In this document: one piece after another, positions 31,064 to 40,108 of the stretch
Layout of the letters: each line of letters starts with the position of its first letter
Numbering within the stretch: position 1 is the first letter of the stretch
Assembly (NCBI GenBank): GCA_902564295.1
Contig: CACFAO010000001.1
Coordinates: 105,002 to 169,001, forward strand
Source: an uncultured Pelagibacteraceae bacterium
Lineage (GTDB): Bacteria > Pseudomonadota > Alphaproteobacteria > Pelagibacterales > AG-422-B15
Length of the DNA: 64,000 nt
Direction: 5' to 3'
Program-made: the position numbers and the translations under genes
The notes under the pieces: generated by a model
The model's input: only the letters and a program-made list of their open reading frames with translations
What the model was told of the DNA's origin: nothing
Databases searched by the model: none

Positions 31064-31091
31064 TCATCTAATTAATAGTTTTTGATTTAAA

Positions 31092-31124
31092 ATGCCCTAC
31101 AATAACTTGTAGGGCATTTTTTTT
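31092..31124 (+). terminator. Rho-independent terminator after the porin gene
   Basis: ATGCCCTAC-N8-GTAGGGCAT forms a 9-bp stem followed by seven T residues. The next gene's ATG follows immediately. Confidence 0.8.
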
Positions 31125-31778
31125 ATGAGCACTTACAAAAATTTTTTAAATATTTTAGAAAAGTCCATCCAACTTGCTAATAGAGACACTGAAGAAGTTA
31201 AGCTCATTGCTGTTAGCAAGAAGAAACCTGTAGCTGATATACAAAGGGTCATTGATGAAGGTCACTTGGAGTTTGGCGAAAATCAGATCCAAGAAATCGA
31301 GCAAAAGTGGCCAAATCTCAAAAAAATAAATTCAAATATCAAACTTCATTTTATTGGAGGTATTCAAAGCAGAAAAGTGCACTCGATTCATGAAAACTGC
31401 GATGTGATACATTCAATCGATCGAGCAAAAATTGTGAAATTATTTGCTGAAATTGAAAAGTCCAAAAACATTCATAGAGAATACTTTATACAAATTAATA
31501 CAGGGGACGAACCTCAAAAATCTGGGGTTTTACTTAATGAAGCCGAACAATTCATTGCAGATTGTATTTCAACATCTGAGCTGAATATTGTTGGGTTAAT
31601 GTGTCTACCGCCAGTCAATGAAGATCCTAAAAAACATTTTACAAGATTAAGAGAACTAGGAAAAAAATTTAATTTGAGATCTCTAAGTATGGGTATGTCA
31701 GGAGATTATCAAGCTGCTATAGAGTGTGGTTCAACTCACATAAGAATAGGAACTCATATTTTTGGTGAGCGGGATTAA
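31125..31778 (+). CDS. yggS: YggS-family pyridoxal-phosphate homeostasis protein
   Basis: 217 aa. LIAVSKKKP carries the PLP Lys, and FGENQIQE, HFIGGIQSRK and SMGMSGDY are present. Confidence 0.85.
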   Translation: MSTYKNFLNILEKSIQLANRDTEEVKLIAVSKKKPVADIQRVIDEGHLEFGENQIQEIEQKWPNLKKINSNIKLHFIGGIQSRKVHSIHENCDVIHSIDRAKIVKLFAEIEKSKNIHREYFIQINTGDEPQKSGVLLNEAEQFIADCISTSELNIVGLMCLPPVNEDPKKHFTRLRELGKKFNLRSLSMGMSGDYQAAIECGSTHIRIGTHIFGERD

Positions 31779-32269
31779 ATTTTTATCAATAGCTCCGTTT
31801 TAGAATCTATAGCTTTAGCTAACTCAATCATATTGTTCTTTTCGATTGCAACACAACCTTCTGTTCCCTCAAAATTAGGTTTACTTATGTGCAAAAAAAT
31901 AGCACTTCCTTTGCCAGGAATAATCGGATCAGTATTATAATTAATTACACATAAAATATCATACAGATCATCTTCTCGATATAAATGCTCTGCACTTGCT
32001 TCAAAAGGAAACTGTATATACTGATTATAATATTTATTCTTAGGATCATCACACCAACCATCATTCTTTAAAATGATTTTGGATGGAATATTAAAAATCA
32101 ATTCTCCTAACTTATCTGCTCTATAGAATATTTTCTCAAATCTATATTTACCGGCAGGTGTTTTGTGGTCCCCTTCAATTTTATCTTTTGTCAGACCATT
32201 ACGACCTATAGCGCAAGTATATTGACCTAGATCAGAATACAGATAATTATTTTGCACTAATAAATTCAT
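31775..32269 (-). CDS. L,D-transpeptidase catalytic-domain (YkuD-like) protein
   Basis: 164 aa with an H...GC catalytic pattern (IFLHISK...GTEGCVAI). No signal peptide is obvious. Confidence 0.55.
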   Translation of the reverse strand: MNLLVQNNYLYSDLGQYTCAIGRNGLTKDKIEGDHKTPAGKYRFEKIFYRADKLGELIFNIPSKIILKNDGWCDDPKNKYYNQYIQFPFEASAEHLYREDDLYDILCVINYNTDPIIPGKGSAIFLHISKPNFEGTEGCVAIEKNNMIELAKAIDSKTELLIKI

Positions 32270-32294
32270 AATTTATATTATAGTTATATTTAAA

Positions 32295-32954
32295 ATGAAA
32301 AAAAAAGTAATCCCAATTATCCTTAAGAACGAGAGATTGTATACCACTATTAAAGAAGTTATTGAATTCAGTAAATACTATAAAAATTTTGAATTTAAAA
32401 TTAGTAAAAAAGACGAATTAAATAATAAAGATAAATTAATCCTCATTACTGATGATGTATTGGCAATGAATGATATTTCATACGTTTCAGAGTTTGATCT
32501 AGCAATAATAATCAATTCAATCGGTAAAAAATTAAATACAGATAAATTGAATAAACAATTTATTTTACTGAATACCCCTTTAAGCATTAGAGATTTATTT
32601 GAGAGAGTCGCTGGCAGTTTAGAACAAATAGAATCACAAACAGCGAGAAAACTAAATTTTTCCAAATTTGTTTACGATCCAGGAATGAGGTCGCTATCTA
32701 ACGAAGATTTCTTCATTAGATTCACTGAAAAGGAGTCACAAATTTTCATGTGCTTAATGGATAATAGTAATAGACATATTTCAAAAAAAAATCTTTTGAA
32801 AAAAGTTTGGAGTTATAATGAAGACATCGACACTCACACTCTTGAAACTCATATTTATTCTCTGAGAAAAAAAATTGAAAAAAATCTATTGCTTAAAGAT
32901 TTAATCATATTTGAAGACAAAAAAGGCTACTTCTTAAATAAAAAAATATTATAA
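32295..32954 (+). CDS. OmpR/PhoB-type winged-helix DNA-binding protein with a degenerate receiver-like N-terminus
   Basis: 219 aa. The C-terminus matches the trans_reg_C pattern (FTEKESQIFMCLMDN...ISKKNLLKKVWSYNEDIDTHTLETHIYSLRKKI). The N-terminus lacks the acidic pair and the conserved Lys of receivers, by eye. Confidence 0.7.
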   Translation: MKKKVIPIILKNERLYTTIKEVIEFSKYYKNFEFKISKKDELNNKDKLILITDDVLAMNDISYVSEFDLAIIINSIGKKLNTDKLNKQFILLNTPLSIRDLFERVAGSLEQIESQTARKLNFSKFVYDPGMRSLSNEDFFIRFTEKESQIFMCLMDNSNRHISKKNLLKKVWSYNEDIDTHTLETHIYSLRKKIEKNLLLKDLIIFEDKKGYFLNKKIL

Positions 32955-32955
32955 A

Positions 32956-34314
32956 TTATACGTTGAGTAATAAATGTTCTCGTTCCCAAGCACTTATAAC
33001 GTTTTGGTAAGCATCATGTTCAGTTTGTTTTATTTCTGTGAAAAGCGTAACAAATTCTTTGCCTAGAGTCTCAGAAAGTTCATTGCTAACTTTCAACCTT
33101 TTTAATGCATCGGGAAGGTACTTAGGTATGTTGTGCCTTCTTTCAAACGCATCACCTGCAGTTGGCTTTTCTGGTTCCAATTTCTCTCTCAATCCAAGAT
33201 ACCCGCAGGCCAAAGAAGCTGCGATGGCAAGATATGGATTAGTGTCTGCACCTGGTATCCTGTTTTCTATTCTTCTTGCCTCAGGAGATGATGTTGGAAC
33301 TCTGAACGCAACTGTTCTATTTTCAATGCCCCAATGTGTATTAATAGGAGCAGAAGCATCAATAACAAATCGTCTATAGGAATTAACATACGGAGCAAAC
33401 AACAGCATTGCATCTGGTAAATAATTTTGAAGACCTCCAATAAAATATAAAAATTCTTTAGAATTATTACCATCTTGATCGCTAAAGAGGTTTTTGTTCG
33501 ATTTTGTTGAAACTAAATTTTGGTGTATATGCATTGAGCTTCCTGGCTGACCCTGATACGGCTTAGCCATAAAAGTTGCATGAATACCATGTTTGAGTGC
33601 GACCTGTCTTACGGCTCTCTTAAACATGAATGCCTGATCAGCTAATGCTAGCGGGTCTCCATGATTTAAATTTATCTCGATCTGTGAAGGGCCTGACTCA
33701 TGCACAAGAGTATCAACGCCAATTTTCATTAGCTCACAATAATCATAAATATCATCTGTTAACGTATCAAATTCGTTTACTGCATCAATTCCAAATACAC
33801 GACTGCCTGTTTCTCTGCGGCCAGATTTTCCAACAGGTGTTTTTAGGGGCAAGTCGGGGTCAAGATTTTGCTCACACAAATAAAATTCTAATTCTGGTGC
33901 TACAATTGCTCTTAAATTTTCTTCTTTTAATGCTCTAATAATATTAATTAAAACCTGTCTAGGTGCGATTTCAGATGGATCACCCGTACCATATTTGAGA
34001 TCACAAATAATTTGAGCTGTTGGCTCTTTATTCCATGGAATTTTTCGCAAAGTTGATAAGTCAGGGGACATGAACAAATCTTCCTCAACATAATCAATCA
34101 CTTCGCTTTCATAAACCCATTTACCAGAAACTGTTTGACCGAAAACTGAGTCAGCAAGCTTAAGGCTTTGATCCTCAATAGATTTTAAAAATCTTTGAAC
34201 AGGAAGTATTTTTCCTTTTGACGATCCAGCCATGTCAGGAAAGATACATTCTACTTCAGAAATTTTATTAGACTCAAGCCACTGCTTAAGCTCATTGTTT
34301 GAACTGACCGTCAT
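32956..34314 (-). CDS. glutamine synthetase-family enzyme (GlnA/PuuA-like gamma-glutamyl ligase)
   Basis: 452 aa. PELEFYL, GPSQIEINL, GSSMHIHQ and NRIPGADTNPYLA match the GS catalytic domain. The substrate is not determinable from sequence. Confidence 0.85.
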   Translation of the reverse strand: MTVSSNNELKQWLESNKISEVECIFPDMAGSSKGKILPVQRFLKSIEDQSLKLADSVFGQTVSGKWVYESEVIDYVEEDLFMSPDLSTLRKIPWNKEPTAQIICDLKYGTGDPSEIAPRQVLINIIRALKEENLRAIVAPELEFYLCEQNLDPDLPLKTPVGKSGRRETGSRVFGIDAVNEFDTLTDDIYDYCELMKIGVDTLVHESGPSQIEINLNHGDPLALADQAFMFKRAVRQVALKHGIHATFMAKPYQGQPGSSMHIHQNLVSTKSNKNLFSDQDGNNSKEFLYFIGGLQNYLPDAMLLFAPYVNSYRRFVIDASAPINTHWGIENRTVAFRVPTSSPEARRIENRIPGADTNPYLAIAASLACGYLGLREKLEPEKPTAGDAFERRHNIPKYLPDALKRLKVSNELSETLGKEFVTLFTEIKQTEHDAYQNVISAWEREHLLLNV

Positions 34315-34348
34315 TTAAATTGAAATGTTTTTTAACCTGCCTATGGTT

Positions 34349-34918
34349 CTAATTATACTTAACCACAAATAAATTTTGACTTATAAATATATTTTTTTTA
34401 ATTTTTGTAAACTTAAAAACTGTTTTGTTGCCAAATTCGTCATAAATATCCCATTTTTTAAGATCTAGTGACGATCGATCAAATGTGAATTGAATTTTAC
34501 TGTCTGTTGGACCCCCTTTTGTTGTGAGCAGTAATTTATAAAATTTATCTTCCTCTTTAAGTGATACAATATCAAATTCATTATTTATTTTTATGTTGTC
34601 TGATAAAAGTTTTTTCAAGACACTGTTACCTATAGCATAACTTTCAATTTGAAAACCTTCTTTGTCTACTAATAACATTAAACTTTTATTAGTTATTATG
34701 TCTTCATATCTATCTTCATATTCAAACTTAGACTTATAGGGTTTTAGAAAAAAAAAGTTTCCAAATGATGTATTTCCATCAGAGTCAATCTGTTCAAATT
34801 GACCGGACATAGACTTAATATTATTCCAATTTTTTTCTATTCCTGAAATAACTTCATTTGACAAAACATTTTTCAAAGTAAGTAATACCAAAAGGAGTCC
34901 AAGAAAAAAATATTTCAT
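34349..34918 (-). CDS. lolA: outer-membrane lipoprotein carrier protein LolA-like
   Basis: 189 aa with a signal peptide and the GQFEQ...FFFLKPYKSKFEY pattern. It shows the conserved ftsK-lolA linkage. Confidence 0.7.
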   Translation of the reverse strand: MKYFFLGLLLVLLTLKNVLSNEVISGIEKNWNNIKSMSGQFEQIDSDGNTSFGNFFFLKPYKSKFEYEDRYEDIITNKSLMLLVDKEGFQIESYAIGNSVLKKLLSDNIKINNEFDIVSLKEEDKFYKLLLTTKGGPTDSKIQFTFDRSSLDLKKWDIYDEFGNKTVFKFTKIKKNIFISQNLFVVKYN

Positions 34919-37194
34919 TAGGAGTTTAACTTCTCAAAATAAATTTCCCTTTTACCAACATGGTTGGCAGCACTTATATACCCACTTTCTTCTAGTTGAT
35001 CCATTATTCTTGCAGCACGATTATATCCTATTTGTAGTTTTCTCTGCAAAAGACTTGTAGATGCCTTACCCTCATTTTTTATGATTTCTAAAGAGTCTTT
35101 TAAAAGACTATCGTGATCACTTTCAGACATTAATCCTATATCATTGTCATGATCTTCTTCTTTTAATATTTCATCATCATATTCAGGGTTACCTTGTTTT
35201 TGAAGTGACTTAACAATATTTTCTATTTCATTATCAGATATAAAAGGTCCATGTATTCTTGTTGTAATCCCTCCTGCAGTCATCATCAACATATCCCCTT
35301 TACCTAAGAGTCTTTCAGCACCTTCGTCACCTAAAATTGTACGGCTATCAAATTTGGAACTTACTTGAAAGCTAATCCTGCTCGGGAAATTAGCTTTAAT
35401 TGTTCCAGTAATGACATCCACACTTGGTCTTTGTGTAGCCATAATTAAGTGAATTCCTGCCGCCCGTGCCATTTGAGACAATCTTTGAATGGCATGCTCA
35501 ATTTCTTTTCCCGCTACCATCATTAGGTCTGCCATCTCATCGACAACAACAACAATAAAAGGCATCTTTTTATTTTCTATTTCTATCTGCTGGGTTGCTG
35601 GTTGACCAGTCTCTGGATTAATGCCTGAGGGGATTGTTCTCACTATTTTTTCAGATTTGTTAATTGCTTCAACTATTCTTTGATTATAATTTTCAATATT
35701 TCTAACGCCCAATAAGGACATTTTCTTGTAACGAGACTCCATTTCTCTAACCACCCATTTAAGTGCAACAATTGCCTTTTTGGGGTCAGTCACAACAGGA
35801 GTGATAAGGTGAGGTACACCCTCATATACTGACAACTCAAGCATTTTTGGGTCAATTAATATGAATTTGCAATCTTCGGGAGAATGTTTGTAAAGAATTG
35901 AGGTTATCATTACGTTTATACCAACTGACTTTCCTGATCCTGTTGTTCCAGCAATCAAAAGGTGTGGCATATTTTCTAAATTCGCAAACTTAGCATTACC
36001 GCTGATATCTTTGCCAAGAGCTAAAATCAAATTCTTTTCATTATTTACAAACTGTTCATTTTTGAATAGTTCACTTAAATAAACGGGGTTCTTAATTGTA
36101 TTTGGTATTTCTATTCCAATTACATTTTTACCCGGAATAATTGCAACGCGTGCCGACATGGCGCTCATATTTCTTGCTATATCATCAGATAATGAAATTA
36201 TTTTAGACGCCTTAATGCCCGGTGCAGGTTGTAATTCATACATCGTCACTATTGGACCTGGAGATACTTTGATAATTTCTCCTTCAATTTTAAAATCAGT
36301 TAAAACATTTTTTAGTTTCTCTGCATTTAAATCAAGCTCTTCTTGATTGACAGAACTTTCCTTACTCAGCTCAGGCTTTGATAAAAAATTTATATCTGGA
36401 GCTTTATAAGAATTATCTTCAAAAATAATTTCATCCTGCTGATTAATTTTTGTTTGTCCTTCGTTTTCATAAATATAACTTGAAACAGGTTCATTTTTTA
36501 AATTGTCAAAATCAATTTTAGGTTCATGGTTTTTCTTATTGATATGTACTTCAATTGAACCTTCTCGAGCTGAACCTTTGATAAAATAAGATTTCGTGAT
36601 AACAAATAATTTCACGCATACCGAAATAAATGTTTTTGTCAGCTGCCATGCAGCTTTTAATAACTTAACCCATTCATCTAATTTTAAACCCATTGTAAAA
36701 TAAAGAGAAACTAGAAAAAAAGTAGAAATAGAGACTATAAAAAAGTAATATAAATAATCATTAGTAAAAATATTTGCTTGTTCTAAAATAATTAGAGTCT
36801 GGTTCGCAATAAATCCATTTGATATTGGTACATTTATTGCTTCAAAAAAAAGAGCGAGTAGATAGAGAGTAATAGGTAGAAGTAAAAAATTTAGAGCAAA
36901 CAGTTCTAATTTTTTTGAAAAAAAAAGTTTATATGACCAACTGGTTAGGACAATACAAATCAGTAAACTGCCATATCCAAAAAATTGTATGAGAAACTCT
37001 GATACGTTTGCTCCAATATAACCTCCAATATTTTTTATCTCGAAATTATTTAAATTGAAAATACTAGGATCAAAACTTGAATAGCTTGCTAAAGATATAA
37101 GTATAAATAGACTAAGTAAAATTGAAGTAATTCCACTTATCTCAAGCAATCTTCTGATTATAAAAAGTTTAATCGTGTCGGGTAAAAGCTTCAT
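34918..37194 (-). CDS. ftsK: DNA translocase FtsK
   Basis: 758 aa with N-terminal TM helices, Walker A (GTTGSGKSV), Walker B (VVVDEMADL) and the C-terminal gamma winged-helix domain (LLQRKLQIGYNRAARI). Confidence 0.95.
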   Translation of the reverse strand: MKLLPDTIKLFIIRRLLEISGITSILLSLFILISLASYSSFDPSIFNLNNFEIKNIGGYIGANVSEFLIQFFGYGSLLICIVLTSWSYKLFFSKKLELFALNFLLLPITLYLLALFFEAINVPISNGFIANQTLIILEQANIFTNDYLYYFFIVSISTFFLVSLYFTMGLKLDEWVKLLKAAWQLTKTFISVCVKLFVITKSYFIKGSAREGSIEVHINKKNHEPKIDFDNLKNEPVSSYIYENEGQTKINQQDEIIFEDNSYKAPDINFLSKPELSKESSVNQEELDLNAEKLKNVLTDFKIEGEIIKVSPGPIVTMYELQPAPGIKASKIISLSDDIARNMSAMSARVAIIPGKNVIGIEIPNTIKNPVYLSELFKNEQFVNNEKNLILALGKDISGNAKFANLENMPHLLIAGTTGSGKSVGINVMITSILYKHSPEDCKFILIDPKMLELSVYEGVPHLITPVVTDPKKAIVALKWVVREMESRYKKMSLLGVRNIENYNQRIVEAINKSEKIVRTIPSGINPETGQPATQQIEIENKKMPFIVVVVDEMADLMMVAGKEIEHAIQRLSQMARAAGIHLIMATQRPSVDVITGTIKANFPSRISFQVSSKFDSRTILGDEGAERLLGKGDMLMMTAGGITTRIHGPFISDNEIENIVKSLQKQGNPEYDDEILKEEDHDNDIGLMSESDHDSLLKDSLEIIKNEGKASTSLLQRKLQIGYNRAARIMDQLEESGYISAANHVGKREIYFEKLNS

Positions 37195-37298
37195 TATTTA
37201 CAAAAAAATAAAAATATTCAGATTCTATTAGTATTTGATTCATCTTGTTATTATATAGTTTCTTAAACAATTAACTGACTAAATTATTCAAATAATAA

Positions 37299-38468
37299 AT
37301 GAAATATGAATTTACTATATTCGGATCTGGTATTTCAGCCAAAATAGTATCCAGTCTTTTGGCGATGAATGGTTTTAAAGTATGTCTAATTTCAGATACA
37401 AATCAAAATCAAGAAATTTTAAAATCTAATCTTGTTACATTCTTATCTAATGGATCAATAGATTATCTATCGTCAATGTATCAAGGTATTCAACTATTTG
37501 ACGAATATCCTGTAATTGACTCAATTTATTGTGAATTAAATAGTTTTGGCGCAATTAAGCCCCAGTCAATAAAATTTAATGATGGAAAAAACTCTTTAGG
37601 AAAAATTATTAAAAACACTGATTTAGAAAAATTCCTAGATGAAAAGATAAGCCAATTAAAAAATATAAAAATTATAAATGGTAATTATCCCACAATGGTC
37701 GAAAACAATTTAGATGGAACCAAACTGACATTACAAAACAGTGAGGAAATTCAAAGTGACTTATTTATTTTGTCATCAACAAAAAATAATATAGCAGATC
37801 TAATAAAAATTAATTTTATAAAAAAAGATATAGAGCAGGAGGCGCTATCTTTACGCATTAAAGGCGATATCAAGAATGCAAGTTGCGCAGTGCAAAAATT
37901 TTTATTAGATGGTCCGTTAGCACTATTACCTTATTCTAAAGATGAAGCATCAATTGTTTGGTCTTTGAAAAAAAATTCTAAATTACTACGTAAAAATGAT
38001 GAAGAGCTTAAGCAAATAATCAACAAACATCTTGGTGAACATATCTCTTCTTTAAAAATTATTAATAATGAAAAATATAGGCTTCAATTTGTATATGCGA
38101 AAAATCTAATTTATAAAAATACAGTGTTGCTTGGTAATATTGCTCACAATATCCACCCCATCGCTGGGCAAGGTCTAAATTTAACGATAAAAGATATAGC
38201 GGCGTTTATAGACCAAATAATGAAATACAAATCATTGGGATATAAGAATAATGATCAAATGGCTTTAGAAGATTTTGAAATGAAAAGAAAAATAGATAAT
38301 GCAGCTTATTCTTTTGGCACTTTCTTACTTGATGATATTTTTTCTAGTAATAACAGGTTTATAAACTATACAACGCGAAAAGGTTTAGGTTTAATTGAAA
38401 GGAGCGAGACACTTAAAAAGTTTTTTATCAGAAGTGCTACGGGAGAAAATTATTTTCAATCGTTTTAA
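37299..38468 (+). CDS. UbiH/UbiF/Coq6-family FAD-dependent monooxygenase
   Basis: 389 aa. GNIAHNIHPIAGQGLNLTIKDI is the family fingerprint. The N-terminal dinucleotide fold is degenerate. Confidence 0.8.
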   Translation: MKYEFTIFGSGISAKIVSSLLAMNGFKVCLISDTNQNQEILKSNLVTFLSNGSIDYLSSMYQGIQLFDEYPVIDSIYCELNSFGAIKPQSIKFNDGKNSLGKIIKNTDLEKFLDEKISQLKNIKIINGNYPTMVENNLDGTKLTLQNSEEIQSDLFILSSTKNNIADLIKINFIKKDIEQEALSLRIKGDIKNASCAVQKFLLDGPLALLPYSKDEASIVWSLKKNSKLLRKNDEELKQIINKHLGEHISSLKIINNEKYRLQFVYAKNLIYKNTVLLGNIAHNIHPIAGQGLNLTIKDIAAFIDQIMKYKSLGYKNNDQMALEDFEMKRKIDNAAYSFGTFLLDDIFSSNNRFINYTTRKGLGLIERSETLKKFFIRSATGENYFQSF

Positions 38469-39121
38469 TGCAGCTGATCACTCTTTTCCCCAGAAAGGTC
38501 AAAAATATAAGATTGATAAAGCGCCTCGAGCGCATGCCCTCTTGTGATTAATGTCTTTGCTTCAAGAAGAAGTTGTTTCTCTTCTGGAGTAAATGGAACT
38601 AGTATTCCAGAATAATTAATTAATTGTTCAGTTGGAGTTTGTTTAATAATTTCCCAATCAGCTAAAATTTTTCTATGTTCTAGATAACGTTTAACCAAAG
38701 CTAAAAGTTTTGATCTATCAATACTGTCACTGTTTTGGCTTTCAGTATCAGTCTTATAATTATCATAGTTGGCTAGAACTTGTCTGTAAGGCGTGGTTAC
38801 ATCTAATTCCTCATCAACTTCAAATCTTACAATACCAGATAATGTAATTAAATATCTGCTATCCTCAGCTTCATTAAATGATGAAATACGACCAATACAA
38901 CCAACTTTTTTTAAAGATTTATTTCCAGCTTCTTGACTTTGCGACGCGGGCTGTATCATTCCTAAAAGGCGACCCGGGCTTGCAAGTGCATCATCTATCA
39001 TCTGAACATAACGTGGCTCAAAGATATTTAAGGGTAGCTGAGTGCCTGGGAAAAGAACTGCCCCAGTAAGTGGAAATATTGGGATTTTTCTTGATAGTTC
39101 CTGAATATTGACGTTTTTCAT
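38465..39121 (-). CDS. LON substrate-binding (LON N-terminal) domain protein
   Basis: 218 aa. IPIFPLTGAVLFPGTQLPLNIFEPRY is the LON-domain signature. Confidence 0.8.
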   Translation of the reverse strand: MKNVNIQELSRKIPIFPLTGAVLFPGTQLPLNIFEPRYVQMIDDALASPGRLLGMIQPASQSQEAGNKSLKKVGCIGRISSFNEAEDSRYLITLSGIVRFEVDEELDVTTPYRQVLANYDNYKTDTESQNSDSIDRSKLLALVKRYLEHRKILADWEIIKQTPTEQLINYSGILVPFTPEEKQLLLEAKTLITRGHALEALYQSYIFDLSGEKSDQLH

Positions 39122-39214
39122 ATCGTTATTGATAATACATTAGTTATTAAGATAATGAAATAATCCGCTTATCTTGAAAAACAAGGGATTTTCTATTAGA
39201 AACTTGTCTATTAC

Positions 39215-39289
39215 GCGAGTGTAGCTCAGTGGTAGAGCGAAACGTTGCCAACGTTTAGGTCGAGGGTTCGACTCCCTTCACTCGCTCCA
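39215..39289 (+). tRNA. tRNA-Gly (anticodon GCC)
   Basis: I folded the cloverleaf by hand. The acceptor stem is GCGAGTG/CACTCGC, the D arm GCTC/GAGC, and the anticodon stem AAACG/CGTTT with loop TTGCCAA. The T arm is GAGGG-TTCGACT-CCCTT, and the 3' CCA is encoded. Confidence 0.93.
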
Positions 39290-39302
39290 TGAGTCAAATT
39301 TT

Positions 39303-40064
39303 GTGAGAATTCATCAACAGAAAAAATTAGAATTTCTATTTAAAAAGCTATTCGGCTTTTCAGAACCTTACTTACTAAAAAGAAGAGCGACCAGGTATTT
39401 CAAAAAAAATACTGAAAAAGAGATTAGGGTTCTAGATAAATTAGTTGATGGTTCTAAAGCATCAATAGATATTGGCGTTTACCGTGGAGTATATTCTTAT
39501 TTTTTGTCAGACTTATGTAAATATGTTTATGCCTTTGAAGCGAATCCACTTCTGTATAGTAAGCTGGTAGATGGCTTTAAATACAAAAAAAATATTAAAA
39601 TAGAAAATGCTGCAGTTTCTTCTGAAAGTGGTGAAGCTGAGCTTAGAATTCCCATCAGAGATATAGCGGCAAGTTTTGACAATGAAGAGAAATACAAACT
39701 TGGCACTGCTACAATTCATAAATCTAATAATCTTGAAAATGAAAAATTTGAAACCATTAAAGCTATAAAAAAAATATCTTTAGACGAATACAATTTTGAA
39801 CATGAAATTGGCTTTATAAAAATTGACGTAGAAGGGCACGAATTAGAAATTTTAAATGGTGCTAGAAAATTTATTACGCAAAACATGCCCACGATGTTAA
39901 TTGAAATCGAAGAACGCCATTCAGGAGTTCAGCCTCATACTGCAATCAACGAAATAGAACAACTTGGTTATAAATGTTTTTTTATTGATGAAAACTTTAC
40001 TTTACAGGCTACTAAAAACTCCAAAGACTTACAAAACAATAACTTTATTTTTATTCCAAACTAA
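39303..40064 (+). CDS. FkbM-family SAM-dependent methyltransferase
   Basis: 253 aa with IDIGVYRGVYS (motif I) and IKIDVEGHELEILNGA (the FkbM hallmark). The GTG start lies only 13 nt after the tRNA. Confidence 0.8.
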   Translation: MRIHQQKKLEFLFKKLFGFSEPYLLKRRATRYFKKNTEKEIRVLDKLVDGSKASIDIGVYRGVYSYFLSDLCKYVYAFEANPLLYSKLVDGFKYKKNIKIENAAVSSESGEAELRIPIRDIAASFDNEEKYKLGTATIHKSNNLENEKFETIKAIKKISLDEYNFEHEIGFIKIDVEGHELEILNGARKFITQNMPTMLIEIEERHSGVQPHTAINEIEQLGYKCFFIDENFTLQATKNSKDLQNNNFIFIPN

Positions 40065-40108
40065 AAAATTAACATGCAGAATTGGTTTAATTGTATATTC
40101 TCTAATTT

